Both the position numbers and the translations under genes were made by a program. The notes below the pieces were generated by a model, which saw only the letters and a program-made list of their open reading frames with translations, searched no databases and had not been told where the DNA came from. This document shows, piece by piece, positions 42,711 to 53,169 of a stretch of 64,000 nucleotides of DNA (within the stretch, counting starts at the first letter, position 1; each line of letters begins with the position of its first letter). Source of the stretch: an uncultured Actinomycetes bacterium. GTDB taxonomy: Bacteria > SZUA-79 > Acidulodesulfobacterales > Acidulodesulfobacteraceae. The DNA is taken from the NCBI GenBank assembly GCA_964631685.1, contig CAZVZU010000005.1, positions 1 to 64,000 on the forward strand, written 5' to 3'.

Positions 42711-43277
42711 GTGTATTCTACAACGGATTTTAAAAAAGGGCTAAAGATAGAGATGGATAAGGAGCCCTTCGAAATTATTGATTTTCAGCATGTTAAACCT
42801 GGGAAGGGAGGCGCTTTCGTAAGGACAAAGCTGAAAAGTTTAATATCCGGAAGGGTGATAGACAGGACGTTTAGGTCGGGCGAGAAGATTGGAATACCTA
42901 ACATAGATGAAAAGAACATGCAGTATCTCTATGATGAAGGCGATGATTTTATATTTATGGATAATAAGACCTACGATCAGGTTCGCATGGATAAAAAAAC
43001 GGTCGGTGATAGTGCCGGTTTTTTATTAGAAAATATCAAGATTGATATTTTATATTATAACGACATTCCTATAAATATTAAGGTACCAAACTTTATTGAT
43101 ATTGAAATAGCCGAGACAGAGCCTGGGCTGAGAGGTGATACGGTTTCGGGGGCTACAAAGTCGGCCACTCTTATGACTGGCCTGGTAATACATGTTCCGC
43201 TGTTTTTGAATGAAGGGGATACGATTAAGGTTGATACAAGGACAAAAGCATATATAGAAAGGACAAGTTCAAAATAA
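42711..43277 (+). CDS. efp: Elongation factor P
   Basis: HVKPGKGGAFVR, PGLRGDT, VPLF, DTRT; GTG start with GGGGGGAG SD. Confidence 0.97.
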   Translation: MYSTTDFKKGLKIEMDKEPFEIIDFQHVKPGKGGAFVRTKLKSLISGRVIDRTFRSGEKIGIPNIDEKNMQYLYDEGDDFIFMDNKTYDQVRMDKKTVGDSAGFLLENIKIDILYYNDIPINIKVPNFIDIEIAETEPGLRGDTVSGATKSATLMTGLVIHVPLFLNEGDTIKVDTRTKAYIERTSSK

Positions 43278-43315
43278 AGAAAATAACAGTAAAAATAATA
43301 GGTGTTATAAATCAA

Positions 43316-43822
43316 ATGAATATTAACGATGTAAAGGATTTGATAAAGTTTATCAAATTAAATAAGATCAAGGAATTTTACTACAAAAAGGGTGATGAGG
43401 AGATTTCCATTAAGCCGGGCTATAAGGAAAAGTCGGGGCATGATTTGAACCATGGAATTCATGAAAAAAGGGAGTACATGGCGCAAATTGAGAATGTAGA
43501 GCAGGCCGAGTTAAATAAGCTTTCAATGCAAAGGGCTAGGATTGATGCGCCCGAGTTGACAGAATCTACAAAAAAAACAAATTTAAAGGAAATAGTATCG
43601 CCATTTGTAGGTTCTTTTTACGGGTCTCCCGCACCTGATAAATCGCCTTTCGTCGAATTGGGTTTGGTTGTGGAAAAGAACAGCCCCGTATGCATCATAG
43701 AAGCGATGAAAATAATGAATGAAATTGAGGTGGACATGAAATGCCGCATTGTTTCTATTCTTGTTGAGAATGGGCAATTAGTGGAATTTGGACAACCCTT
43801 ATTTCTCGTGGAGCCCCTATAA
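43316..43822 (+). CDS. accB: Acetyl-CoA carboxylase biotin carboxyl carrier protein
   Basis: SPFVGSFY, IEAMKIMNEI, VEFGQPLF. Confidence 0.95.
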   Translation: MNINDVKDLIKFIKLNKIKEFYYKKGDEEISIKPGYKEKSGHDLNHGIHEKREYMAQIENVEQAELNKLSMQRARIDAPELTESTKKTNLKEIVSPFVGSFYGSPAPDKSPFVELGLVVEKNSPVCIIEAMKIMNEIEVDMKCRIVSILVENGQLVEFGQPLFLVEPL

Positions 43823-43825
43823 CAT

Positions 43826-45166
43826 ATGTTCAGGAAGATTTTAATAGCCAATAGAGGCGAAATAGCGATTAGAGTTATAAGGGCATGCAAAGAGTTAGAT
43901 ATAAAGACTGTTGCAGTGTATTCTACTGCCGATAGAGATAGTCTCCATGTTAAATATGCGGATGAAGGCATTTGTATCGGCCCCCCGCAGACGGCAAAGA
44001 GCTATTTAAATATCTCTTCTATAATTTCTGCCGCAGAAATAACGGATAGCGAAGCAATCCACCCCGGTTACGGTTTTTTGTCTGAAAACGCCAATTTTGC
44101 AGAAATTTGTGAGAATTGCGGCATAAAGTTTATAGGACCAACATCGGCGAATATGAATCTATTGGGTAATAAAAGAAACGCAAGAAAGCTTGTGCAAAGC
44201 TTGGGCATCGGAGTGCTTCCGGGAAGTGATGATATAGGGGACAACGAAGACGATCTTAAAAGAGCAGCAGAAGAGATAGGTTACCCTTTGATACTTAAGG
44301 CATCTATGGGCGGCGGCGGCAGGGGCATTAAAATGGTTTTATCACCCGCGCATTTATCACAGGCATATCACCAGGCAAGGCAAGAAGCGCAATCCTTTTT
44401 TGGAAATAAAGATGTTTATTTAGAAAAATATTGCGATGATCCCAGGCATGTCGAGTTTCAGGTTCTTGCCGATAAACACGGTAATGCTATTTGCCTAGGA
44501 GAAAGAGACTGTTCTATCCAGAGGAGGCACCAAAAGATCATAGAAGAAGCACCATCTGTTGCCGTAAAATCTATTATGAGAAAAAGAATGACTGAGTCTG
44601 TGTTAAGGGTTGTTAATGAGGTAGACTATCTTAGCGCAGCTACATTCGAATTTCTTCTTGATAAATCCGGTAAATTTTATTTTATGGAAGTCAACACAAG
44701 GGTTCAAGTTGAGCATCCTGTTACCGAGTTTGTAACGGATATAGATATCATTAAAGAACAAATAAGGATTGCAAATGGCGATAAGCTTAAAATAAAGCAG
44801 GATGACATAAAGATCAAGGGTCATAGTATTGAGTTGAGGATAAATGCTGAGAATTCTATCAATTTTCAGCCTTCCCCGGGTTTAATCACTGCTTACAATA
44901 AGCCAGGCGGGGTAAATGTTAGGGTTGATGATTTTGTATACTGCGGTTATCGCGTTCAACCGTTCTATGATTCTCTTATTGCGAAACTAATTGTACGCGA
45001 TACGACAAGACTGGGCGCAATTAAAAAAGCGAAAAATGCGTTAAACGAGTTTCAAATAGAGGGTATTGAAACAAATATTCCCTTTCTTAAACGAATACTT
45101 AACGACGGAGATTATGTATCGGGTAAGATTGACGTAGGTTATGTACAGAGGTTTATTGAAAAATAG
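43826..45166 (+). CDS. accC: Biotin carboxylase
   Basis: ANRGEIA, HPGYGFLSEN, GGGGRG, RDCSIQRRHQK, EVNTRVQVEH. Confidence 0.96.
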   Translation: MFRKILIANRGEIAIRVIRACKELDIKTVAVYSTADRDSLHVKYADEGICIGPPQTAKSYLNISSIISAAEITDSEAIHPGYGFLSENANFAEICENCGIKFIGPTSANMNLLGNKRNARKLVQSLGIGVLPGSDDIGDNEDDLKRAAEEIGYPLILKASMGGGGRGIKMVLSPAHLSQAYHQARQEAQSFFGNKDVYLEKYCDDPRHVEFQVLADKHGNAICLGERDCSIQRRHQKIIEEAPSVAVKSIMRKRMTESVLRVVNEVDYLSAATFEFLLDKSGKFYFMEVNTRVQVEHPVTEFVTDIDIIKEQIRIANGDKLKIKQDDIKIKGHSIELRINAENSINFQPSPGLITAYNKPGGVNVRVDDFVYCGYRVQPFYDSLIAKLIVRDTTRLGAIKKAKNALNEFQIEGIETNIPFLKRILNDGDYVSGKIDVGYVQRFIEK

Positions 45167-45265
45167 ATCATGTATTTTTTAGAAATGTTTATATTATAAG
45201 TATCATTGATAGCTTTATGTTTGTGTGTAAAAAATCATAAAATGAAAGAAAAAAAGGGGGAGGGT

Positions 45266-45652
45266 ATGGATTTTCCAAAAAATTTAAAATACAATACAGA
45301 ACATATTTGGATTAAAGTTAATGGAGACAGCGCTATTTTAGGGGTTACGGACTATGCGCAGGATCAACTTGGAGATATAATTTATGTTGACTTGCCCGAG
45401 CCCGGTTACGAACTTGAGCAAAATGAATCTTTTGGGACGATAGAATCGGCAAAATCTGTGTCTGAATTATATGCCCCTTTAAATGGTCATGTAATAGGGG
45501 TGAATGAGTCCTTAAAGGATGAACCAGAGCTTGTAAATGAAGAGCCTTACGATGCAGGGTGGTTGCTTCAGATAAAAATTGTTGACGAAAATGTACTGAA
45601 CGATCTTATGGATAGCAATGTTTACGAGGAATACTTAAAGAACAACGCATAA
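45266..45652 (+). CDS. gcvH: Glycine cleavage H protein/lipoyl carrier
   Basis: GVTDYAQDQLGD, IESAKSV (lipoyl-Lys), NEEPY..GW; ATG 45266 with GGAGG SD. Confidence 0.93.
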   Translation: MDFPKNLKYNTEHIWIKVNGDSAILGVTDYAQDQLGDIIYVDLPEPGYELEQNESFGTIESAKSVSELYAPLNGHVIGVNESLKDEPELVNEEPYDAGWLLQIKIVDENVLNDLMDSNVYEEYLKNNA

Positions 45653-45678
45653 GAATAATACCAAACATGACTAAATAA

Positions 45679-46503
45679 ATGGATGATTATTCAACCGGAT
45701 GTTTTAATCTCATGATTTCAGGAGGTTGTTCCGGAGCTGACAACATGGCTGTCGATTCGTTTTTGTTAAATAAGTATAAAACAAGGGATACTTTTTCGAG
45801 CCGTCCTACCTTAAGGCTATACTATTTTTCTCCGCCGGCGCTTTCCCTGGGATTTTTCCAAAGAGATAAAGATAATATCAGTGAGGGTGCTATTTTAAGG
45901 GCCAGAGGCAAACATTACGATATTGTCAAGAGACCCACGGGAGGCAGAGCAGTGTTGCATAAGGATGAGATAACCTATAGCGTAGTCTCATCCTATAAAG
46001 ATGGCGTTTTTGCAGGAAAGCTCCTAGAAACATATAGAAAAGTAGGAAGGTTTTTGTACCTTTTTTTCACAAGTTTAGGGTTAAGCCCCGATGGCGGACA
46101 TTTTTCTTCCAAAAGCAAAAAAGAAGACAACAAGATCGAGAGATATAAGAAAAGGAAAGATGCCGGTTTCAACTGTTTTCTAAAAACTCATTCGTATGAA
46201 ATAACATTCGGCGGTAAAAAAATATGCGGCAATTCGCAAAGACGAAATGAAACGGCTTTTTTGCAACATGGTTCCATTTATGTAGATTATCATCCCCTTG
46301 ATCATATATATTTATTTGAAAATGGTATTTTTGATTCTGGGTATTTTAATGGAATAACAGGTATTAAACAAAAATTAGATGAAGAGGGTGTCTCTTTTGA
46401 TCTAAGTTTTAGCAGTCTTGCTAATATTCTTGTAAAGTCTTTTGAAGGTGCTTACGATCTTAAGCCTGTAGTCGTATCATTAAGCGAAATAGACGTGACT
46501 TAA
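45679..46503 (+). CDS. Lipoate-protein ligase family, LipM-like octanoyltransferase
   Basis: NMAVD, PTLRLY, LSLGFFQ, RPTGGRAVLH, CF, KICGNSQRR, LQHGS. Confidence 0.85.
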   Translation: MDDYSTGCFNLMISGGCSGADNMAVDSFLLNKYKTRDTFSSRPTLRLYYFSPPALSLGFFQRDKDNISEGAILRARGKHYDIVKRPTGGRAVLHKDEITYSVVSSYKDGVFAGKLLETYRKVGRFLYLFFTSLGLSPDGGHFSSKSKKEDNKIERYKKRKDAGFNCFLKTHSYEITFGGKKICGNSQRRNETAFLQHGSIYVDYHPLDHIYLFENGIFDSGYFNGITGIKQKLDEEGVSFDLSFSSLANILVKSFEGAYDLKPVVVSLSEIDVT

Positions 46504-46621
46504 TGAGTCTGAATGATTGTGCATATAGATAGAGGGAATTAAATATCTAATTCGTTAGGGGAGATAGGTGTTGCGCAGTTGTTGTGATGGTAATAGCGCG
46601 GAGCATCGACTATTCGCTCTA

Positions 46622-46650
46622 TTTACATTATTTTGTTTTTATGATAGATT
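46622..46650 (+). promoter_or_regulatory. Sigma70-type promoter for tRNA-Gly
   Basis: TTTACA-17 bp-TAGATT with extended TG. Confidence 0.5.
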
Positions 46651-46670
46651 GATCGTCAGACGACGCATAT

Positions 46671-46746
46671 GCGGGCATAGCTCAGTTGGTAGAGTACAAG
46701 CTTCCCAAGCTTGGTGTCGCGGGTTCGAACCCCGTTGCCCGCTCCA
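46671..46746 (+). tRNA. tRNA-Gly (CCC)
   Basis: GCGGGCA...TGCCCGC-TCCA; anticodon arm CAAGC-TTCCCAA-GCTTG. Confidence 0.95.
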
Positions 46747-46877
46747 TTCATATAATATTCATTAAGTCTTGTAATTTTAGATGCGATAATGGTAAGTGAA
46801 TCTGGCGTATTGGCTGTAAATCATATAGGGCTTGTTTTACCCCTGCAAATTAATTAATTTTTTGCTTTAGAATATTA

Positions 46878-47312
46878 ATGAATGATAAAATTAAAATTGA
46901 TATTTATACCGATGGGGCATGTTCCGGTAATCCCGGCCCCGGGGCATATGCGGCTATATTATTATATAAGGACAAAGAGAAGATAATATCCGGCTTCAAG
47001 GAACGAACTACCAATCAGGAGATGGAAATATTAGCGGTGTTGAGCGCTCTAAGGGCTGTTAATAATAAGGATATAAATATAAATCTCTATTCTGATTCTA
47101 AATATGCCCTTGATGGAATGACTAGCTGGATGCACAATTGGGCTAAAAAATTATGGAAAAAAGAAATTAAGCATAAAAATACATGGCAAGAGATTTATAG
47201 TCTTTATAATTTTTTAAAGGTTGACTGTATTTGGGTAAAAGGACATGCGAATAATTTATACAACGAAAGGTGTGATAAAATAGCACGGAACCTAATTAAA
47301 GATAACGTTTGA
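46878..47312 (+). CDS. rnhA: Ribonuclease HI
   Basis: YTDGACSGNPGPG, TTNQEME, SDSKY, WVKGHA, NERCD. Confidence 0.95.
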   Translation: MNDKIKIDIYTDGACSGNPGPGAYAAILLYKDKEKIISGFKERTTNQEMEILAVLSALRAVNNKDININLYSDSKYALDGMTSWMHNWAKKLWKKEIKHKNTWQEIYSLYNFLKVDCIWVKGHANNLYNERCDKIARNLIKDNV

Positions 47313-47394
47313 CTACTAGAAATGCTACCCCGCTCGAAACACTTGTGTGTTTTCCTGTGCAGGTTTTGCCAACGAAATGCACAGTGCTTACAAT

Positions 47395-47470
47395 TGGTAG
47401 GCACGGGCGGTCTCGAACCGCCGACCCCTACCGTGTCGAGGTAGTGCTCTAACCCCTGAGCTACGTGCCT
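47395..47470 (-). tRNA. tRNA-Val (GAC)
   Basis: Minus strand AGGCACG...CGTGCCT-ACCA; anticodon arm CTACC-TCGACAC-GGTAG. Confidence 0.93.
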
Positions 47471-47489
47471 ATATCTTAATGACTGATAT

Positions 47490-47518
47490 ATACTACAATT
47501 AAAAATATACATTGTCAA
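47490..47518 (-). promoter_or_regulatory. Sigma70-type promoter for tRNA-Val
   Basis: Minus strand TTGACA-17 bp-TAGTAT. Confidence 0.65.
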
Positions 47519-47744
47519 GGTTGTGAATAGAGAAATAGGTGTCCGTTTAAATAAATGTTTTTCTTGACAGTTCAAATTAGACCTAATATACTCAAAGGGT
47601 TGAAGTGAACTATGAGGTTAAAAAATAATTCTAATTGCAATCTTTACTCATAGATATTCAAGAGAGTAGGGTTGGTATTTGTCATTGGAATGTAAAAAAT
47701 GGTTTTTAAAGTTCGTTTAAATAATACGAAAGAGAGGTGAATAT

Positions 47745-48362
47745 ATGAGGCTGTTTGTTGATGATAACCTGGTTCCGGTTTCCCCTGATTGGGGTAGCGT
47801 GTATGACATTTTGCATGAAAACATTAAAGATATAATGCCACAGGGTAAAGTAATTAAGGATATTGATATCAACGAGAAGAACTATGGTGAACTTATGTTA
47901 GACAGCGAAAAGTCCCGCGCATTTAAATTGTCGGAAATAGACGATATAAAAATTAGTACTATGAGCCCTGAAAATCTTGTAGTAGAGTCTATTGCTTCTG
48001 CGGTCGACTTCCTTAATGAGTTTCAAAGAGGAATAGATAGCACTACAGATGAAATAAGATTAGGCAATTATGTCGAGGGTTTTAATAATTTTGCGGGTTA
48101 TCTTTCCGGTTTATCCGTTTTTGTTCAGGTTATGGAAAAAATTGCCCAATTTGCAAACATGGATTACACTAAATATATATATAAGGAGAAAAGCGTACAG
48201 GCTTATTTCGGTGATACAGAGAAAATACTTGCATCTATTATGTCAACCCAGAAAGAAAATGATTACGTACTGTTAACCGATATTGTAGAGTTTGAACTCA
48301 AACCCAATATTGCTGTCTGGATAGATATTTTGACGGATATAAAGGCTAAGGTAAAGATATAA
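47745..48362 (+). CDS. Hypothetical acidic cytoplasmic protein
   Basis: 205-aa ORF with GAGGTG SD; helical C-terminus DYVLLTDIVEFELKP. Confidence 0.75.
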   Translation: MRLFVDDNLVPVSPDWGSVYDILHENIKDIMPQGKVIKDIDINEKNYGELMLDSEKSRAFKLSEIDDIKISTMSPENLVVESIASAVDFLNEFQRGIDSTTDEIRLGNYVEGFNNFAGYLSGLSVFVQVMEKIAQFANMDYTKYIYKEKSVQAYFGDTEKILASIMSTQKENDYVLLTDIVEFELKPNIAVWIDILTDIKAKVKI

Positions 48363-48741
48363 CGATCCTTCCATTTTTACTATCATAAACAAATCTTTTG
48401 CCGGCAGAGGATATCGGATAGCCTTTTTTGTCTACTTTTACATTATTAAGGAAATTCTTTTTTATATATCTTATTTTGCCGTTTATGATTACCTTTTTTA
48501 AATACCTTCTGTTTGCCAATATTGATAAATTTTTAGGAAATTTGCCGTATTGTAACCGATATAAGATTAGGGCAACATTCAGCCTTTGCACATCTTCTTT
48601 GTATACGGCTATTTTGCCGTATTTTATCATTTTTGAATACTGCTGAACCGAGATGGTAACCAAGATAAAAATCATGATTAATACCATTATATTTTCAAAA
48701 GAGGTCTCAGAATTTTTATTGCCATTAACGATATTCATCAT
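48346..48741 (-). CDS. Pilin/pseudopilin (GspG-like) protein with degenerate N-methylation site
   Basis: ETSFENIMVLIMI hydrophobic helix; ALILYRLQYGKFPKNL motif. Confidence 0.55.
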   Translation of the reverse strand: MMNIVNGNKNSETSFENIMVLIMIFILVTISVQQYSKMIKYGKIAVYKEDVQRLNVALILYRLQYGKFPKNLSILANRRYLKKVIINGKIRYIKKNFLNNVKVDKKGYPISSAGKRFVYDSKNGRIVISLP

Positions 48742-48978
48742 AGCATTAGAAAAAAATAAATTGTAATAAATTTGAAAAGGATATAAAATTTAGATTAGCC
48801 TTGTTTGATTTTGACATAATGTTAACACATAATTCCATTAAAACACAACAATAAGGTAGAATAAATACTATCAACCAATTCTAACTGATGACACATAAAA
48901 ACTTGCATGGTGCGGTTTTCATTTTAATCAATTAAAAAAATATATCAACGATGACATTGCGAATTGCAGGAGGAAGTT

Positions 48979-49929
48979 ATGACGAAACAAAGTGAAATTA
49001 AACAAAGCTCGGTAAACCCGGGTCACGATATTCTTGAAGTTGGTCAAAACAGAATGGAATTGGTGGATTTTAGGTTATTTAGCATAAACGAAAATGAAGA
49101 GGAAAAAGAAAATGTTTACGGAATAAATGTAGCTAAGGTTATTGAGATTATCAAAATGCCCGAAGACGTATCTGGTGCCCCCAATACTTCTGAATTTGTG
49201 GATGGTATGTTTAATCTTAGAGGGTATGTTGTTCCTTTGGTTAACCTGCCGAAATGGATGGGGATAGCGGAGCCCGAGGATATGGACAGGAAAAACTTTA
49301 AGGTTATTATAACAGAATTTAATAGGGTTAAAGTTGGTTTTATTGTTCACGAAACAACAAGGATAAGACGTATATCGTGGAATGAAATAAGCGCCCCGGA
49401 ACTGTCGTCTGTTAGTTCTATTGATTCTAAGGTCACGGGAATTATAAAAATAGAAAACGATGAATTACTGCTTTTGCTTGATTTTGAATCTATTGTTGAC
49501 GAACTTGGTTTTTATAACAAAGAAAAAAAAGAGATAAAGTTTGAAAAAAAGGAATACAGCGAGGATAAAAGTATATTGGTTATCGACGATTCATCATCGG
49601 CAAGAAAAATAATTAGTCATGCGTTAAAGGGAGAGGGGTTTAATGTGATTGTCGCTGAAAATGGGAAGGTAGCCCTTGAAATATTGCATGAGGATAAATA
49701 TAAATTTGACGCCGTTATATGTGATGTCGAGATGCCGGTGATGGACGGTTATACCTTTACAAAAACTGTGAAATCAGAGGATAAGTACAAAAATATTCCC
49801 ATAATAATGCATAGCTCTTTGAGTGGTGCAGAAAATTCGGTCAAAGGAATGAGCGCTGGAGCCGATTTTTATGTCGTAAAATTTGATCCTGTAGAATTTA
49901 TCGGTACATTAAAAAATGCGATAGGTTAG
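48979..49929 (+). CDS. cheV: Chemotaxis protein CheV (CheW + receiver)
   Basis: NRMELVDF, YGINVAKVIE, IITEFN; receiver DDS, CDVEMPVMDG, VKF. Confidence 0.93.
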   Translation: MTKQSEIKQSSVNPGHDILEVGQNRMELVDFRLFSINENEEEKENVYGINVAKVIEIIKMPEDVSGAPNTSEFVDGMFNLRGYVVPLVNLPKWMGIAEPEDMDRKNFKVIITEFNRVKVGFIVHETTRIRRISWNEISAPELSSVSSIDSKVTGIIKIENDELLLLLDFESIVDELGFYNKEKKEIKFEKKEYSEDKSILVIDDSSSARKIISHALKGEGFNVIVAENGKVALEILHEDKYKFDAVICDVEMPVMDGYTFTKTVKSEDKYKNIPIIMHSSLSGAENSVKGMSAGADFYVVKFDPVEFIGTLKNAIG

Positions 49930-49960
49930 CCTATTTTCACCTAAAATCAAATTAAGCGTT

Positions 49961-50674
49961 ATGTCTAACAAAATATTTTTCGTAACAGGGATAGATACCA
50001 ATGTAGGAAAAACCTTTATTAGTTTGCTTTTACTACTGGCTTTTCAACAAAGAGGCTTAAATATAGGGTATATGAAACCCGTTGAAACCGGGGTAAAAAT
50101 TAACAAATACGGTTTTATAGATTATCTTGACGGCTCTTATTTGAAAAAAAATGGCGGATTGACAGTAGACCTTGAGTCTATTACCCCCTACACGTTTAAG
50201 TTCCCCTTGTCTCCTTATGCGGCATCAAATTTTGAAAACAAGACGATATGTATTAAAGAAATACTTTTGAAATTCTATGAATTAAACGATATGTATGACT
50301 ATATGATTGTTGAAGGCGCGGGTGGGATGCTTGTTCCTTTAAAAAAAGAACATTTCATTATAGACATAGCAAGGTATATTGATGCCGATGTTATTTTGGT
50401 TACTAAAGCCGGATTAGGTATGATAAACCAAACATTGTTAAATATAGAATATGCGAAAAGTCATGATATTAAAATAGTTGGAATTATTATCAATAATGCA
50501 TTAAATGAGCATGATGAAAGCGTTTTATCTAACAAAAAAATATTGTCAAAATATACAGACATTCCGATCATAGGGGATATTTCTTATATGAAAAGTAGAG
50601 ACAATTTGAAGGATATAGATTTTCTAAGAAAATTGGCTTTAAAATGTATAGACATAGGAAGTATTTTAGGTTAG
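49961..50674 (+). CDS. bioD: Dethiobiotin synthase
   Basis: TGIDTNVGKT, KPVETG, VEGAGG, LGMINQT. Confidence 0.94.
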   Translation: MSNKIFFVTGIDTNVGKTFISLLLLLAFQQRGLNIGYMKPVETGVKINKYGFIDYLDGSYLKKNGGLTVDLESITPYTFKFPLSPYAASNFENKTICIKEILLKFYELNDMYDYMIVEGAGGMLVPLKKEHFIIDIARYIDADVILVTKAGLGMINQTLLNIEYAKSHDIKIVGIIINNALNEHDESVLSNKKILSKYTDIPIIGDISYMKSRDNLKDIDFLRKLALKCIDIGSILG

Positions 50675-50726
50675 AATATATCAAATGCATTGCAAGCGTT
50701 AAACTACTATTCATAGGGAGGGCAGC

Positions 50727-51887
50727 ATGAAATTTGAATTTTCTAAAAGATTAAATAAGCTTCCAGCATATCTTTTTGCGGAGATAGATAGATTAAAGGC
50801 GCAGGTTAAGTCGAGAGGAGTTGATATAATAAGCTTCGGTATCGGGGATCCGGATATTCCGACCCCAAAGGCCATTGTGGATATTTTAAAAGGGGAAAGC
50901 GAAGTAGTTGCTAATCAAAAATATCCTGCTTATGAGGGACTTTTAAAGTTCAGGAAATCTGTTGTTGATTGGTATAATCAAAGATTTAATGTTTCACTGG
51001 ATCCGCATACTGAGGTTTTGTCATTGATTGGTTCAAAAGAGGGCATAGGACATCTTCCCTTGGCATTCATAAATCCCGGAGATATTGTTTTAGTACCTGA
51101 CCCCGGTTATCCCGTGTATAAGGCGGGTACGATTTTTGCGGAAGGCATTCCTTATTCAATGCCGTTAGAAGAAAGCAATGATTTTTTACCTGATTTTTCT
51201 ATTATTCCACCTGATATCTTGAGCAAGGCAAGGCTAATGTTTCTAAACTATCCTAATAATCCAACTTCTGCGAGGGCCAATAAGCGTTTTTTTGATGAGG
51301 TTGTGAAATTTGCAAAAGCAAATAACATCATAGTTGCTCACGATTTTGCATATTCCGAAATTTATGCCGGAGAAAATAAGGATGATTCTTTTTTATCAGT
51401 TGACGGAGCCAAGGAAGTAGGCATAGAGTTTCATTCGCTTTCAAAGACATTTAATATGACAGGCTTCAGGATTGGATTTGTAGTTGGAAATGAGGAAATC
51501 ATTAACGGGCTCGGAGCAGTCAAGACAAACATAGATTCCGGCATCTTTCAAGCGATACAATTGGCCGGTGCTTACGCACTAGACAACGAGTCCGGCACGA
51601 TTAAAGCCAATAATATATTGTATAAAAGGAGAAGAGACCTCTTAGTCGGTGGATTAAAAAAACTTGGCTATAAGGTATATCATTCGGATGCTACATTTTA
51701 TGTCTGGGCACATGTCCCGAAGGCGAATATGACGTCTAAGGATTTCGCGATATCGTTGCTAAACGAAACGGGAATAATGATAACCCCAGGTTCGGGATTT
51801 GGCGATTATGGTGAAGGCTATGTCAGGTTTTCTTTGACGATTAATGAGGACCGCATCAAAGAAGCGTTGATTCGAATGGGCCTATAG
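50727..51887 (+). CDS. dapL: LL-diaminopimelate aminotransferase (class I)
   Basis: LPAYLFAEID, GIGDPD, IGSKEGIGH, NYPNNPT, HSLSKTFNMTGFRIG. Confidence 0.8.
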   Translation: MKFEFSKRLNKLPAYLFAEIDRLKAQVKSRGVDIISFGIGDPDIPTPKAIVDILKGESEVVANQKYPAYEGLLKFRKSVVDWYNQRFNVSLDPHTEVLSLIGSKEGIGHLPLAFINPGDIVLVPDPGYPVYKAGTIFAEGIPYSMPLEESNDFLPDFSIIPPDILSKARLMFLNYPNNPTSARANKRFFDEVVKFAKANNIIVAHDFAYSEIYAGENKDDSFLSVDGAKEVGIEFHSLSKTFNMTGFRIGFVVGNEEIINGLGAVKTNIDSGIFQAIQLAGAYALDNESGTIKANNILYKRRRDLLVGGLKKLGYKVYHSDATFYVWAHVPKANMTSKDFAISLLNETGIMITPGSGFGDYGEGYVRFSLTINEDRIKEALIRMGL

Positions 51888-51901
51888 ATTTAAGACTGCA
51901 A

Positions 51902-52522
51902 ATGAATCGTGATCTCAATTTAGACAAGGACAATATATCACATTACGATATTTATCTTGGATTTGGTAGCAATATCGGTATTCCTGAGGAAAATCTTCTT
52001 AAAGCGATTCGTCTTATAAGGAAGGATATATCGGGAATAAGTGTCGTTAAGACGTCCGGTATTTACATATCTTCGCCTGTTGGTAACGAAAACCAGCCCT
52101 ATTTCTTAAACTGCATTGTTTTGTTTAAAATGACGAAAGCAGAGAAAAATACTCGTGAAATTTATAAAGATTTTGCCAAAGAACTTCTTTTTAAATTAAA
52201 AAACATCGAAAAAAATATGGGTAGAAAAAAGGAGATCGTCAGGTACTTGCCTAGGGTTATTGATATAGATATACTGTTACTTTATGACTACTATTACAGA
52301 AAAGTGGTAAAATTAAACCTGCCTGAAATTAAGATACCTCATCCTGAAATCAGGAACCGTAAATTTGTACTTTTGCCTTTTTTAGATTTATGTAGCGATG
52401 CGGAAAGTATAAAAAGTATAAAGAGATCCTTGAAAAAAATAGACCGAATCAACACGGGGTTCCATCAAAAAGTAGCCTTTTATGGTCGATTCAATGACGA
52501 TCAAACAAAAATCTTACGCTAA
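51902..52522 (+). CDS. folK: 2-amino-4-hydroxy-6-hydroxymethyldihydropteridine diphosphokinase
   Basis: LGFGSNIG, QPYFLN, PRVIDIDILL, IPHP, RKFVLLP. Confidence 0.93.
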   Translation: MNRDLNLDKDNISHYDIYLGFGSNIGIPEENLLKAIRLIRKDISGISVVKTSGIYISSPVGNENQPYFLNCIVLFKMTKAEKNTREIYKDFAKELLFKLKNIEKNMGRKKEIVRYLPRVIDIDILLLYDYYYRKVVKLNLPEIKIPHPEIRNRKFVLLPFLDLCSDAESIKSIKRSLKKIDRINTGFHQKVAFYGRFNDDQTKILR

Positions 52523-52926
52523 CGGGCTACGAGTTTTTCTTCGCAAAGAACCTTGTGCGGCAGATTTTCGTCATATATAGATATAAGCCCCCGTTTGATT
52601 TCCATAATTTGTGGTTCTTTGGATTCAAATCTTTCAATGAGGAATTTTGCTGCATCTTGTGGTTTTATTAAATTGCCGCATGTAAAAATATCTACGGCGG
52701 CGTAACCATATTCGGGCCAAGTATGTATTGAAAGATGAGACTCTGCTATTATAATCATTCCGCTAATTCCGAATGGACTGAATTCATGAAATTTATGCTC
52801 TACGATGGTAGCTTTTGCTTCTATAGCTGCGTCCATTAGTGCATTTTCTACAAAATTAATCTCTCCAAGGATATTTTTCCTGCAATTTTTAAGCTCTAAA
52901 AGTAAATGTGTTCCTAAAGAATTCAT
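52519..52926 (-). CDS. speD: S-adenosylmethionine decarboxylase proenzyme
   Basis: ESHLSIHTWPE, DIFTCG; ATG 52926 with AGGAGG SD. Confidence 0.93.
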   Translation of the reverse strand: MNSLGTHLLLELKNCRKNILGEINFVENALMDAAIEAKATIVEHKFHEFSPFGISGMIIIAESHLSIHTWPEYGYAAVDIFTCGNLIKPQDAAKFLIERFESKEPQIMEIKRGLISIYDENLPHKVLCEEKLVAR

Positions 52927-53169
52927 TTTACTTTTCCTCCTTCTCAAATATTAAAAATAAAAACACGGCTTTTCATTATATTTTATATGGATAAAAATGC
53001 AAGAAAAATTTTAATATCCTACAATTGATTTTAATACTAATAGGGATAAAAGTAAATAAATCTTGACATTTATTCGTGAATTATGTAAAAATTACACAAA
53101 TGGTTTAGTGGGTTTTTTAAACGAAATAGCTAAAACAACAAACTTATTTAAGGGGGCAAGGATTTTATC

